A DNA stretch of 64,000 nucleotides from Octopus vulgaris (lineage: Eukaryota). Positions 1 through 11,730 of the stretch are shown here, piece after piece. A program made the position numbers and the translations under genes. Numbering within the stretch: position 1 is the stretch's first letter; every line of letters begins with the position of its first letter. The notes below the pieces were generated by a model, which ran no database searches, had not been told where the DNA came from, and saw only the letters and a program-made list of their open reading frames with translations. Where the stretch lies: assembly GCA_951406725.2 (NCBI GenBank), contig OX597817.1:164796001-164860000 (forward strand), read 5' to 3'.

Positions 1-114
1 GCTGGTATGCATGGGCAACTGCTGGTCTTCCATTAACAACATTGCCTGGACTAATGCCTAGGAGGGTAACTTTCTAGGTGCAATCTCATGGTCATTCGTG
101 ATTGAAATGGGTCT

Positions 115-510
115 TTACTCTTTTACTCTCTTACTTTCAGTCATTTGACTGTGGCCATGCTGGAGCATCGCCTTTAGTCGAGCAAATCGCCCCCAGGACT
201 TATTCTTTGTAAGCCTAGTACTTATTCTATCAGTTTCTTTTTTACTGAACCGCTAAGTTACGGGGACGTAAACACACCACCATTGGTTGTCAAGCGATGT
301 TGAGGGGACAAGCATAGACACACAAACATATACACATACACATACACATACACGACGGGCTTCTTTCAGTTTCCGTCTACCAAATCCACTCACAAGGCTT
401 TGGTCAGCCCGAGGCTATAGTAGAAGACACTTGCCCAAGGTGCCACGCAGTGGAACTGAACCCAGAACCATGTGGTTGGTAAGCAAGCTACTTATCACAC
501 AGCCACTCAT
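115..510 (-). mobile_element. tRNA-derived octopus-type CORE-like SINE
   Basis: Minus strand has a tRNA-like head (GTGGCTGTG..GGTTCAGTTCC), a CORE-like GGCACCTTGGGCAAGTGTC segment, an internal (TG)n and a (GTAAAAGA)n tail. Many copies in the window. Confidence 0.8.
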
Positions 511-1074
511 AGTTCTAGGCTAACTAAAGCCTTTTGTGTGAATTCGGTACATAGAATCTGAAAGAAGCCCATTGTATGTGTGTATGTGTGTGTGTGTGTG
601 TGTGTCTCCTTGTCTTGATGTGTCATAGTTGTTAAATGAATGTGACCATCATACAAACATTGTAATTCATTTTTCAACCTATTATCAAAACGTGTCATAA
701 AGAAAATATTGTCTTGCTTGGAAAACAAATGTGGCTCAATGAATTCTGTCTCACCTGTGCAAGCATGGAAAAGTAGACATTATAACAATGATGATGATGA
801 CGATGATGAGTCTTCTAATGCTCTCTTTATTAAATATGTTAGCACTAATTTAACTCACGTGTTTCAGATGGTTGACATTTTGGAATTATTTATTCTGTAA
901 ATGGTGTTATTTACTTAACCAGTGTACAATCTTGAACAATTAATTAGTTATCTCTTATCATTACTTTGGCAAACACACTTAAGATTGTGCTTTGTGAGGA
1001 AGTCACAATAATCCTAAAACCTGTCTTGTCTTCTTTTATACTTCAGGGAGAAATGAAACTAATATTAGTCATCA

Positions 1075-1646
1075 ATCATCAATCATCATCGTTTAACATC
1101 CGCTTTCCATGCTAGTATGGGTTGGACGATTTTGACTGAGGGCTGGCGAACCAGATGGCTGCCCCAGGCTCCAATCTTGATCTGGCAGAGTTTCTACAGC
1201 TGGATGCCCTTCCTAACGCCAACCACTCTGAGAGTGTAGTGGGTGCTCTTTACGTGCCACCGGCACGGGCGCCAGTTACTGGCAATGACCTCGCTCGAAT
1301 CTTTTTTACACGTGCCACCGGCACAGGTGCCAGTGAAGCGACGTTGGTAATGATCACGCTCGAATGGTGCCTTTTACATGCCACGGGTACGGAAGCCAGT
1401 TGGCTGCTCTGGCAACGATCATGTTCGGATTTGCACCCTACTAACACATGCACAAGTGCCAGTAAGGCGACACTGGTAATGATCATACTCGAACAGTGCC
1501 CTTTTATGTGCCACTGGCACAGAAGCCAGTTAGCCGCTCTGTCAATGATCGCACTTGTATGGTGCTCTTTGCACCCCGCTGGCACAGATGCCAGTCATCG
1601 AATTGATTTTGGTTTTGATTGATTTTGATTTCACTTGCCTCAACAG
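1075..1646 (-). mobile_element. SINE/non-autonomous retroposon with (GAT)n tail
   Basis: Shares GATGCCCTTCCTAACGCCAACCACTC and an (ATC)n end with copies near 12845-13220, 14920-15145, 18465-18755 and 20610-20830. Flanked by a 151-bp direct duplication. Confidence 0.8.
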
Positions 1647-1929
1647 GTACAATCTCGAACATTTAATTAGTTTTCTCTTAGCATTACTTTGGCAAATACA
1701 CTTAAGATTGTGCTTCATGAGGAAGTCACAATAATCCTAAAACCTGTCTAGTCTTCTTTTATACTCCAGGGAGAAATAAAACTAATATTAGTCATCATTG
1801 ACCTGCATTATTTTTTTCCTTGCAACATAATTATTTTCAGTTAAAAAATATGTCACAAACATATTTTAACTTACCTAAAGTTTGTGTTTATTCATAATCT
1901 CTGTTTGGCACTGATACTGCTATATGTCT

Positions 1930-2241
1930 CGTAGAAGCGTCATCCAACCAAAGTATAAATATATGGGAAACTACCACCTGTATCATCTCTTGTGAAAGGT
2001 AGAAGAGTCCAGTTTGCTGGACATTGTTGTAGAGCTGAAAACGAGGTCATTTCTACTCTTCTCCTCTGGAAGCCATCTGCTCGCGATACCAGAGGGCGCA
2101 CACTCTCCTACTCTGATATAATCTTCAGGCATACAGGCATCCAGCAACAGGACCTCCGTAATGCTATGATGGACCGTGAAGTCTGGCGTAACATAGTAAA
2201 TTCCATTGTCTCGACCACGGTCAAACGATGATGATGATGAT
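1930..2241 (+). mobile_element. 3' fragment of an RTE-type LINE
   Basis: Translates to YGKLPPVSSLVKGRRVQFAGHCCRA..LLLWKP..AMMDREVWR, an RTE-like ORF2 C-terminus, followed by a (GAT)n tail. Confidence 0.7.
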
Positions 2242-2592
2242 ACTATATGTATCCTGACCAGGTGGTTAAGTAGCACAACTCAGTCCCTGATGTTGACTGT
2301 TTTTCTTTTTTTAAGGGAAAGCCACAGATTTGTATCTGTCCAGGGTTATTTTCCTTCGGTATTTCCCATGGAGAAAGGCTAAAGAGCTAGGAATGGCTGT
2401 CTAGGAATCTGATAGAGCAAGCCCTGGGCAAATACAGTGTTTTTACACATTTTATTACCATATGAAAGAATTATTTCTCCATGGTAACTGCAGTGAATTT
2501 ACCTTTAGCAGTCGAAATATGTCGCAAACATGTTTTAACTAACCTAAAGGTTGTTTATTTCTAATCACTGCTTGGCACTGATGTTGCTATAT

Positions 2593-2816
2593 TCTTTTAC
2601 TTGTTTCAGTCATTTGACTGTGGCCATGCTACAGCACCACCTTGAAGGGTTTTTAGTCGAATGAATTGACCCCAATACTTATTTCTTTTTTAAAGCCTGG
2701 TACTTATTCTATCCATCCCTTTTTGCTGAATCGCTAAGTTACTGGGATGTAAACACACCAGCACTGGTTGTCAAGTGGTGATGGGGCGGGGGCAAACACA
2801 GACACAAAGACACGCG

Positions 2817-2850
<34 letters not shown>

Positions 2851-3012
2851 CAACAAGCTTGTTTCAATTTCCATCTACCAAATCCACTCGCAAGGCTTTA
2901 GTAGGCTTGAGGCTATAGTAGAAGACATTCACCTAAGGTGCCATGCAGTGGGACTGAACCCAGAACCATGTGGTTGGGAAGCAAACTTCTTACCATACAA
3001 CCATGTCTGTGC
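2593..3012 (-). mobile_element. octopus-type CORE-like SINE
   Basis: Collinear with 115-510. Confidence 0.75.
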
Positions 3013-3049
3013 CGATTATCTGTTAACATTAATTTAACTATTATTTCTA

Positions 3050-3370
3050 GTGGCCAAAATGTGGTTCCCCCAAAGGATATCAGGAGTAATGTTACTAGAC
3101 GGGGTGTGTATCTTGGAGATCAGGGTGTCTCTCCAGGTCAAGCCACTGCCTATCTGTATTAAGGAGCCACAGCTCTGTTACTATAGATATGCAATCAGAA
3201 TGTTGCGGGAAAGAAACGCAAAACAGATTCTTCAAACTCAGCCAACTGGTAGATCAAAAACGAGATGGTTGGATATGATATCCATAGTCTAAGTTGGTCA
3301 CATTTAAGAATCCAGCTGAAAAAGTGTAATGGTGGTTGCTTCTGATTGGACCCTGTAGAGGAGGTACCTG
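3050..3370 (+). mobile_element. degraded RTE-like LINE 3' fragment
   Basis: IKEPQLCYYRYAIRM..QPTGRSKTRWLD resembles the RTE C-terminal 'QLRWFGHV.RM...GRPRTRW.D' region. Confidence 0.5.
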
Positions 3371-3719
3371 AAGACTCTACCCCAAAACTTTCACAAGAAT
3401 AGTGGCTGGGTGGGTTGGCAGGTGATGGAGGAAAAAGGGGACGAAAAGGAGGAGTGTTGTGAGTGGATTTGGTAGACAGAAACAGAGAGAAGCCCATCGT
3501 ATATGTATATGTGTGTGAGTGTCTTTGTATCTGTTTGTTCCACTATCATTGCTTGACAACCGGTGTTGGTGTGTTTACATCCCTGTAACATAGCAGTTCG
3601 GCAGAGAGACTGATAGAATGAGTACTAGGCTTAAAAGTAAGTCCTGGGGTCGAATTGTTTGACTAAAACACTTCAAGGCAGTGCTCCAGCATGGCCGTAG
3701 TCAAATGACGGAAAACTAA

Positions 3720-4093
3720 TCTCTCTCTATATAAACGGCAGTTTGTCTGTCTGTGTGTCTGTGTGTCTGTCAGGTTGTACCCTCACCCTGACCACGGCTT
3801 TCAACCGATTCTGATGAAACTTGACACACACATAGCCCAATGTCATAATTCAAAACTAACGCAGCCAAAATTTTGAAAAGTTCCCCCAGTTCTGAAAAAA
3901 ATCGATAAATTCGACATGGGGTCGAGAATCAGAAACACAAACTAGGGGACGCAACTCCACCTTTTTTAACTCTCAAAAAAAGTTTACCATCATTTTTTTT
4001 CCATTTTTTTGCTATTTTTTGGCTATAACTCTCTAAAAATGCTTTATAGTTATTTCCCTTACAAACCTGAGCAACGCCGGGCGATACTGCTAG
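3720..4093 (+). mobile_element. non-autonomous Helitron
   Basis: Starts TC..TATATAAA, ends with a subterminal GC hairpin (CCTGAGCAACGCCGGG) and CTAG. Inserted between A and T inside a SINE tail with no TSD. Confidence 0.8.
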
Positions 4094-4373
4094 TGAAAGA
4101 ATAAAATAAACATTGTATTTGACAAAATAAAATCTGAATGCTGAAGGGTTTAAAACTCATTTTCACTTCAATCATAAAAGATAGATAGTAAAACAGGAAA
4201 TGAAAGAAGACTGATCAAGCTGTAAAGAAGAATTCTGACTGAGCCAAAGGCTAACCTTTGATATGTGTGGATGTAGAGCAATAAAACAATGAAGCCAATG
4301 TCTTTATAATGAAAAAAAAAATCTCTTTTCTCGACCAGTGGGACTTGCCTGGTTTTGTTTATTCTGTTTCCAG

Positions 4374-4488
4374 TGGAATTGCGTGGCTACAGATATATCA
4401 AAAGAATCTCGCTATCTGACTCACGAAAATGCCCATCGATGCAAACTTGCAGATCGAATCCAAATTATAGAGCACGACATCAACAAAG
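4374..4488 (+). CDS. HEMK1: HemK methyltransferase (HEMK1-like), internal coding exon A; upstream exons not found in window
   Basis: ttccag|TGG acceptor and G|gtaaac donor. Encodes WNCVATDISKESRYLTHENAHRCKLADRIQIIEHDINK, resembling the HemK 'VAVD..A..LT.ENA....L.DRI' segment. Splice phase matches the next exon. Confidence 0.88.
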
Positions 4489-4583
4489 GTAAACATCTTG
4501 TTTCTCAGTTTACTACTTATTACTAGTGCGACTAATAATATGCTAATGACAGTAGTAGTAGTTGTGGTGGTGGTGGTGGTAAC

Positions 4584-4612
<29 letters not shown>

Positions 4613-4622
<10 letters not shown>

Positions 4623-5270
4623 CTTCTTCTGTTCTCCTCTTCTTTGTCATCGTCATCCTCCTCATCCTCTTCTTCCTCCTTGTCTGCTTCGTTGTCTTCT
4701 TCCTCATCCTCTTTGTCCTCCTCTGCTTTGTCCTTTTCTTCTTCCTCTTTGTCCTCTTCCTTCTCCTCTTTGCCCTCTTCCTTCTCTTTGTCCTCTTCCT
4801 TCTCTTTATCCTCTTCCTTCTCCTCTTTGCCCTCTTCCTTCTCTTTGTCCTCTTCCTTCTCCTCTTTGTCCTCTTCCTTCTCCTCTTTGCCCTCTTCCTT
4901 CTCCTCTTTGCCCTCTTCCTTCTCCTCTTTGCCCTCTTCCTTTTCCTCTTTGTCCTCTTCCTCCTTCTCTGCCTCTGCTTCTTCCTCCTCCTTCCCTTAT
5001 CCCTCCTCCTCTGCTTCTGCCTCTGTCTCCACCATTCCCTCTTCTTCCTCTCTCTTTCTCCTCTCATCTGCTCCCATCCTAACCTTCTCCCCTCATCATC
5101 TCCCCTCCTCCTTACCCTCCCCCCTTCCGCCTCCACTTCCTCCTCGTCTCCTCGTCTCTTCCACCCCTCATCTCCCTTCGTCCTCATCCTCATCTTCCTC
5201 TCTTCTCTCCCCCCTCCTCTCCATCATCCCCTCCTCTTTGTCCTCTGCTTCCCCTCCCCTACTCCCTTCT
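4613..5270. repeat. polypyrimidine low-complexity tract with an 18-21-bp CT minisatellite, preceded by (GATT)n
   Basis: Repeats of cttctcctctttgccctcttc. Almost no purines on the + strand. Confidence 0.9.
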
Positions 5271-5765
5271 CTTTTTATTTTGGCAAATAATTTGATTTGT
5301 TGAAGCCAAAACAGTTACAGCATGGAAGACAGAAAATCACAAGTTAGCCATCCAAAAACACACACAAACACTGTTAACTTCATTTAAGCTATTGATTATT
5401 TAGTGTCAAAACTTGTCACACCTATCTGCATGCAACCTGGTCACTGATACAGTTCTACCTTTACCAAAAGCTGATAGTGGATGTCATCTCTGTCTTAAAT
5501 TTTATCCTACTAGAATTTCTGATATTTAAAATTTTTTTAGCTAAAGACAACAGGTTCAAATTCAGGATTTCTAATTCTTTTACTTCTGTGTCTAACTTCC
5601 ATCACTAAAGGGAGCTTTTCTGGGATGTAGTGGTGGTTGAGGGGGGGTTGTTTGACTTGCTAAAAATAGTATCCAATCCAATTATCCTTCTAATCACGTT
5701 TTAATGTCTTAACTAAGAAGGGTCATATTAAATAATGTAGACTGTATTGACTGTGATAAACTACC

Positions 5766-5981
5766 TCTTTTACTTGTTTCAGTCATTTGACTGTGGCCAT
5801 ACTGGAGCACCGCCTTTAGTTGAGCTAATCGACCCCCAGTACTTGTTCTTTGTAAGATAGTACTTATTCTATTGATCTCTTTTGCCGAACCGCTAAGTTC
5901 TGGGGGCGTAAACACACCAGCATCCGTTGTCAAACGATGCTGGAGGGACAAACACAGACACACAAACATACACAAACAAAC

Positions 5982-6014
<33 letters not shown>

Positions 6015-6101
6015 CATACGATGGGCTTCCATCAGTTTCCGTCTACCAAATCCACTCACAAGGCTATGGTCGGCCCCAGGCTATAGTAGAAGACACTTGC
6101 C
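5766..6101 (-). mobile_element. octopus-type CORE-like SINE, head truncated
   Basis: Collinear with 115-435 and broken at agacacttgcc by a TA tract. Confidence 0.75.
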
Positions 6102-6122
6102 TATATATACATATATATATTT

Positions 6123-7001
6123 ATGTCCCGTCCGTGTTTTTTGTATCGTCTTCTAAATGTTTTACGTTCTTGTCCCAGTTTGTATTTTTCTACATATAGT
6201 ATATATAGCGGCGCCCGTACCCTCTTTGGCCTTGTATGTAAGTACATATTCCTTTAAATTTGGTACGACTCTATAACACTGTCTCTCTCTCTCTCTCTCT
6301 TCTTCTCCTCCTCCTTTTCTCTTTTCTTGCCTCTGATTCTTTGGTCTCCTCTTCCCCCACTCTCTCACATTTCTCTGTCTTTCTCACTTTGCACCTCACT
6401 GATTCTGTCGCCAAGCCAATCCTTGGCACACTCTCTTTCTTCTCCCCTCTTTAATTCCTTCTTTCTTTCTCTTCTCCCCCCTTTGGTGTCTTCGTCCCTC
6501 TTTTTCTCTCTCTCTTTGATTCCTTTGTCCCCTTTTTTTCTCTCTCTTCTCCTCTCATGTGACCGCTGGTCAACCAGCCTTTCGGCTTCTAACCAGTGCC
6601 ACGAGAACATCGTTGTCTTGGTCTGCTGAAAAAGGCATTTTTTTTCCCCAAATACGCCAGCTAAACTAAGTTGTACTGTCTATTAGTCGTAAGACACCCG
6701 CTGTTTTTGTCCTGTTTTTACCAATATCGTTTTTTTGTATTTATATTCGTGTGGCATCGTCCGTTTTTCTGTCCTTGTTTTGTATACATTCGATCCTTTT
6801 TCCAAGAAATCTAATGCTCGTAGCTTAGTTTTTCCTTGGGGCTGGCCGGATCGGAGCGATCTCAAGATTAATCAGCCGAAATTGTGAGGATGATCCGGTT
6901 CTTGACTGAAGATTGAAGGCTTCGAATGTCCCATCCATGTTTTTTGTATCGTATTCTAACTGTTTTACGTTCTTGTCCCAGTTTGTATTTTTCTACATAT
7001 A
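6123..7001. mobile_element. unclassified element bounded by ~75-bp direct repeats, inserted in (TA)n
   Basis: 6123-6197 closely matches 6926-7001 (atgtccc..ttttttgtatcgt..ttctacatata). TA tracts lie on both sides. Confidence 0.55.
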
Positions 7002-7014
7002 ATATATATATATA

Positions 7015-7812
7015 TCTCTATATATAAACGGCAGTTTGTCTGTCTGTGTGTCTGTCAGGTTGTACCCTCACCCTGACCACGGCTTTCAACCGATTCTGAT
7101 GAAACTTGACACACACATAGCCCAATGTCATAATTCAAAACTAACGCAGCGAAAATTTTGACAAGTTCCCCCAGTTCTGAAAAAAAATCGATAAATTCGA
7201 CATGGGTCGAGAATCTAAGCTTTTTATATGCAACACATTTTCTACAGACTGTCTAGGGGACGCAACTCGACCTTTTTAACTCTCGGAACACGTGGGGCAA
7301 GTATCCCAAAATGTATAAAAATGTACAAAAACGGCAAAAAAGCGGGCAGCAATGTGAGTGACAACAACGAAAAAGTCAAAAGTGACCAAACTCAACAAAC
7401 GAATGGAAAAGGTTTTTTTGGAGCACACGACAAAAGCGGTTTATAATAAACCGAGAGTTTGCAAGTAGCGTCCGAGGACCCTTAGGGTACGTCAAAAATT
7501 TAAGGTAAAACGTTTGGGGTGGTAGTTATAAAGAAAGTGTAAACAAAAAAAGTATTTGAATAACTTGCGGCTGCAGCAGCTATTAGCAGAAGTGGCGGTG
7601 TTGGGGGTAAAGTCTCGAATGTAATTTCTTCCTGATAGGAATTGGTTGGGTTGAATTATCGATAGCTGTTTGATAGTTATTTGGGAGTGAAGAGAAGACA
7701 TTGCAACCTACACATGCGCCTTCGTTCCCTAGAGGGAAAGGACTAGATTGGGATTAGTCATTGCCTACTAGGGGCTCTTACATACCCGGGCAACGCCGGG
7801 CTATGCTGCTAG
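7015..7812 (+). mobile_element. non-autonomous Helitron
   Basis: First ~270 bp match 3720-3975. Ends CCCGGGCAACGCCGGG..CTAG|T. Confidence 0.8.
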
Positions 7813-8146
7813 TATATATATAAAAACCCAGATGGTCAAAACAGGACTGCCTTTGATCATAACTCTGCTCCATCAGGGATAATCTGAAGCTGAAGAACAA
7901 CAAGAATACAGTAAAGAATTGGTCCTGAAAGAGCGGCATTTATAGGTAAAGGTTTAGGTGCGTTGAAAGAAAGTTTTATTATCAAAATCATAAACACTTG
8001 GACGTTAAAATGGCTGAAGTAACGATATTTAATTGTCTATACTTATTCTAGTTTCATTTAGTGGCCTGCTGCAGTACCGTTTTCGAATGTTTTACTTTAA
8101 CATTTACTTCAGTAGATCGCCTCGTATTTATATATTTATATATATA

Positions 8147-8653
8147 CTAGCAGTATCGCCTGGCATTGCTCGGGTTTGTAAGGGAAATAACTATATAAGC
8201 ATTTTTAGAGAGTTACTTCCCTTATAAAATTCGGGCTTTCTTAGCCATTTTTGTTTTGGTGTCTTCAAGCCATGAAGTCGTTGTTCTAAAAGAACGCTGG
8301 TTTCCTTCACAACGCATTACGACGTTGATTTCTTTACACTCCCTTCCCCACAGCTTCACGAGGGAGGGAAGGGGGAGAAGCAAACAGGTGCAGCTGTGAG
8401 CGTGGACGCCAACTCCGCCGCCATCGACACACGATGCATTTTATGCATTAAAATGGAATAAAAAATGATGTTAAATTATTTTTAAAATCGTAGACTCATC
8501 GTTGACGCGCGCTAATAGTCAGACGGGCTCGATATGAATCACGACTATAAGATACCCGAATTTGGTTAAACTGCACCGCAAAATGTGGGAGGAGTTAGGA
8601 ATCTAAATCGAAGGGGACAGATACTCACACAACTAGAGTTTTATATATATAGA
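8147..8653 (-). mobile_element. non-autonomous Helitron
   Basis: Minus strand starts A|TCTATATATATAAAA and ends with a hairpin and CTAG|T. The 3' ~70 bp are the reverse complement of 4025-4093. Confidence 0.78.
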
Positions 8654-8837
8654 TTTATATATTTATTTATTTATTTATTTATTTATAGTCACACCAAAAG
8701 ACGGAAGTCATTACTTGTTAGGGGAAGCAACTGGGGCGATAAGGGGAGGCAACTTAGACATAACTGTCGCAAGATATTTTTGATGCGTTGATTTGACCAC
8801 ACACTCTGTGACTGCCTGCATGCGTGTCTGTCTCACT

Positions 8838-8868
<31 letters not shown>

Positions 8869-8947
8869 TCGCTCTCTCTCTCTCTGCTCTCTCTCTCTCA
8901 TGCTCTCTCTCTCTCATGCTCTCTCATGTCTCTCTCTCTCTCTCATG

Positions 8948-8993
<46 letters not shown>

Positions 8994-9540
8994 TACATAC
9001 ATGTGATAAGCTTTCCACAATTTCTATCTGACTTTTTTGCTAATTTTTGGAGGGACAGAACCCACAACTTTTGCAAACCATATCGGCCTAGTTTCGATCT
9101 CCCTGTGCGGCTCTTTGGGCAAGTTTTGAAAGTGTCTTAGCATCGCGCACCTTTGTTAGATTCTCACCAACTGACCCTTTTGTCACCAAATTTCTCTTGA
9201 AATACGCTGCCTTTGTTTCAATTCATTTTGTGTGGATGGATGGATTGAGGAAAGCTTTGGTGGTTAGAGGGCTTCTTTCAGTTTCCACCTACCAAATCCA
9301 CTCACAAGGCTTTGGTCGGACCGAGGCTATAGGAAAAGACACTTGCCCAAGGTGCCATGCAGTGGGACTTAACCCAGAACCATGTGGTTGGTAAGCAAGC
9401 TACTTACCACACAGCCACTCCTACTGAGCATGAACTTTTTAATTTTCGTTGCTTACTTTCGTTACTTGACTTACTATTGTTTTCTGTCTCCTCGTTTACT
9501 TTTACAAGTTTTACTGCACAGGAACATTGTATACAAAAAG

Positions 9541-9584
<44 letters not shown>

Positions 9585-10165
9585 GACAGTGAGCAGGCAG
9601 AATCGTTATGCACCGGACGAAATATGTAGCAGTATTTCGCCTGTCACTACGTTCTGAGTTAAAATTCTGCTGAGGTCAACTTTGCCTTTCATCTTTTCAG
9701 GGTTGATAAATTAAGTACCAGTTGAGTACTGGGGGTCAATGTAATTGACTGCCTCTTCTCCCCAAATTTCAGGCCTTGTGCCTATAGAAGAAAGGATTAT
9801 TATTATTATTACTACTAAGGCAGTGAGCTGCCAGAATCATTTGCCTGCTGGACGACATGCTTAGCAGTAATTCGCCTGTCATTACGTTCTGAGTTAAAAT
9901 TCTGCCAAGGTTGACTTTACCTTTCATCCTTTTGGGGTCGATAAAATAAGTACCAGGTGAGCACTGGGGTCGATGTAATCAACTCATCCCCTCCCCCAAA
10001 ACTGCTGCCCTTGTGGCAAAATTTGAAACCATTATTATTATTATTATTATTATTAAATTAAGTACCAGTTACGCACTGGGGTAGATATAATCGACTTAAT
10101 CCGTTTGTCTGTCCTTCTTTGTCCTCTCTGTGTTTAGCCCCCTGTGGGCAATAAAGAAATAAATT
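9585..10165 (+). mobile_element. cluster of SINE copies with a GCCTTTCATCCTTT..GATAAA..AAGTACCAG domain and (ATT)n tails
   Basis: Two head-to-tail copies plus a fragment. The same family lies on the minus strand near 14420-14650 and 21415-21650. Confidence 0.7.
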
Positions 10166-10401
10166 ATTATTTATTTCCACTTATACCCAAACGTAATTTA
10201 GCAGTTTTATAGACAGAGATCGATCAAATTAATACCGGACAGAAATAAATATTCGGGTAGATATGACCGGCTAAAAACGTTTGAAGGTTGTGCTCCAGCA
10301 TGGCTGCAGTGCAATGGCAAACTAGTAGAAGAATACAAGAATAAGCCATGTTTTGTTCCAGTTTTCCCAATCTTGTTTTTCCCCATTGTTTTGTTATGCA
10401 G

Positions 10402-10504
10402 GCGCAGAGAGGTTGAAGGAGTTCTCTCCCTTCGACTTCCTTGTCAGTAACCCACCTTATATCAACGATAAAGATATGAAAACTCTTTTACCAGAAGTGA
10501 AATT
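10402..10504 (+). CDS. HEMK1: HEMK1-like exon B with catalytic NPPY motif
   Basis: atgcag|GC acceptor and TT|gtaagt donor. Encodes (G)AERLKEFSPFDFLVSNPPYINDKDMKTLLPEVK. D-x-x-VSNPPY is the HemK/PrmC signature. Confidence 0.93.
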
Positions 10505-10543
10505 GTAAGTTGACTGATTAGTATTTTCTTCCTTAATGTTTTT

Positions 10544-10587
<44 letters not shown>

Positions 10588-10989
10588 TTTTTTTTTTGCG
10601 CCCTTTTAAAGCCTAGCCAGGCTCATGGGCCTGGTTTCCCGGTTTAAATGGCGTATGTGTTCCCCAGCTGGACGGGAAGGCAGTCCATCGCAGCGTTACT
10701 CATTTTTGCCATCCGAGTGAACTGGAGCAACGTGGTGGGACAGAATTCTACACTAGTAACTGCGTTGATTTCCTAGTTGATCTGAGAGTTTATCTCACAT
10801 ATCATTGATGTACGAGTCAGAATCTCTGAAGAGAATGTCCTTAGGCATGGGTGGTCACAGTTGGATTCCATTCATCCCTTGATTGTACCCTTCCTCTTCC
10901 TCACAGCAGAGAAATATCTGAAAAGGCTTTCCAGACTGCCACATGTTACCGGCAGACAAAATAGAAGAAGCAGAAGAACATATGAATAA

Positions 10990-11375
10990 ATTAGCTGTGT
11001 GGTAAGTAGCTTGCTTATGAACCACATGGTTCCAGGTTCAGTCCCACTGTGTGGCATCTTGGGCAAGTGTCTTCTACTATAGCCTCGGGCCGACCAAAGC
11101 CTTGTGAGTGGATTTGGTAGACGGAAACTGAAAGAAGCCCGTCGTGTATATGTATGTGTATATAAATATATATATGTATGTCTGTGTCTGTCCCCCCAAC
11201 ATCGCTTGACAACTGATGCAGGTGTGTTTACATCCCCATAACTTTTGGTTCGGCAAAAGAGACCGATAGAATAAGTACTAGGCTTCCAAAGAATAAGTCC
11301 TGGGGTCTATTTACTCGAATAAAGGCGGTGATCCAGCATGGCCACAGTCAAATGACTGAAATGAGTAAAAGAATA
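10990..11375 (+). mobile_element. octopus-type CORE-like SINE
   Basis: Reverse complement of 115-510. Confidence 0.8.
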
Positions 11376-11384
11376 CATAACAAT

Positions 11385-11730
11385 TTGAGGGTGCATGGCT
11401 CAGTGGTTAGAGTGTCAGGCTCACAATCATGGAGTAGTGAGTTCGATTTCTGGACTGGGTTGCGTGTTGTGTTCTTGGGCAAGCTGCTTTATTTCACGTT
11501 GCTCCAGTTCACTCAGCCGTAGAAATGAGTCGTGATGTCACTCATGCCAAGCCGTATTGGCCTTTGCTTTCCCTTTGGGTAACATTGTTGGCATGGAGAA
11601 GGGAGGTTGGTATGCATGGGTAACTGCTGGTTTTCTATAAACAACCTTTCCCAGACTTATGTCTTAGAAGGGAACTTTCTAGGTGCAATCCCATGGTCAT
11701 TCATGTCCGAAGGGGGTCTTTACTCTTTAT
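11385..11730 (+). mobile_element. tRNA-derived SINE, second family
   Basis: A-box TGGCTCAGTGG and B-box-like GTTCGATTTC. Its 3' part matches window bases 1-120. Confidence 0.7.

Noticed and set aside
287-523. Recurrent short ORFs such as FSFRLPNPLTRLWS and VSVYQIHSQG
   Set aside because: Translations of a high-copy SINE, not a gene family.
4543-5303. Three overlapping 216-228-aa ORFs (R/K-rich, F/L-rich, S-rich)
   Set aside because: Low-complexity CT tract inside an intron.
10402-10504. NPPY motif as a DNA adenine methyltransferase or N6AMT1
   Set aside because: The flanking exons (YED..AL.GG.DGLD, LEVD, D..GR.RF) fit the HEMK1/PrmC protein glutamine methyltransferase.
11385-11460. tRNA gene
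   Set aside because: It has A/B boxes but no complete cloverleaf and continues into a SINE body.
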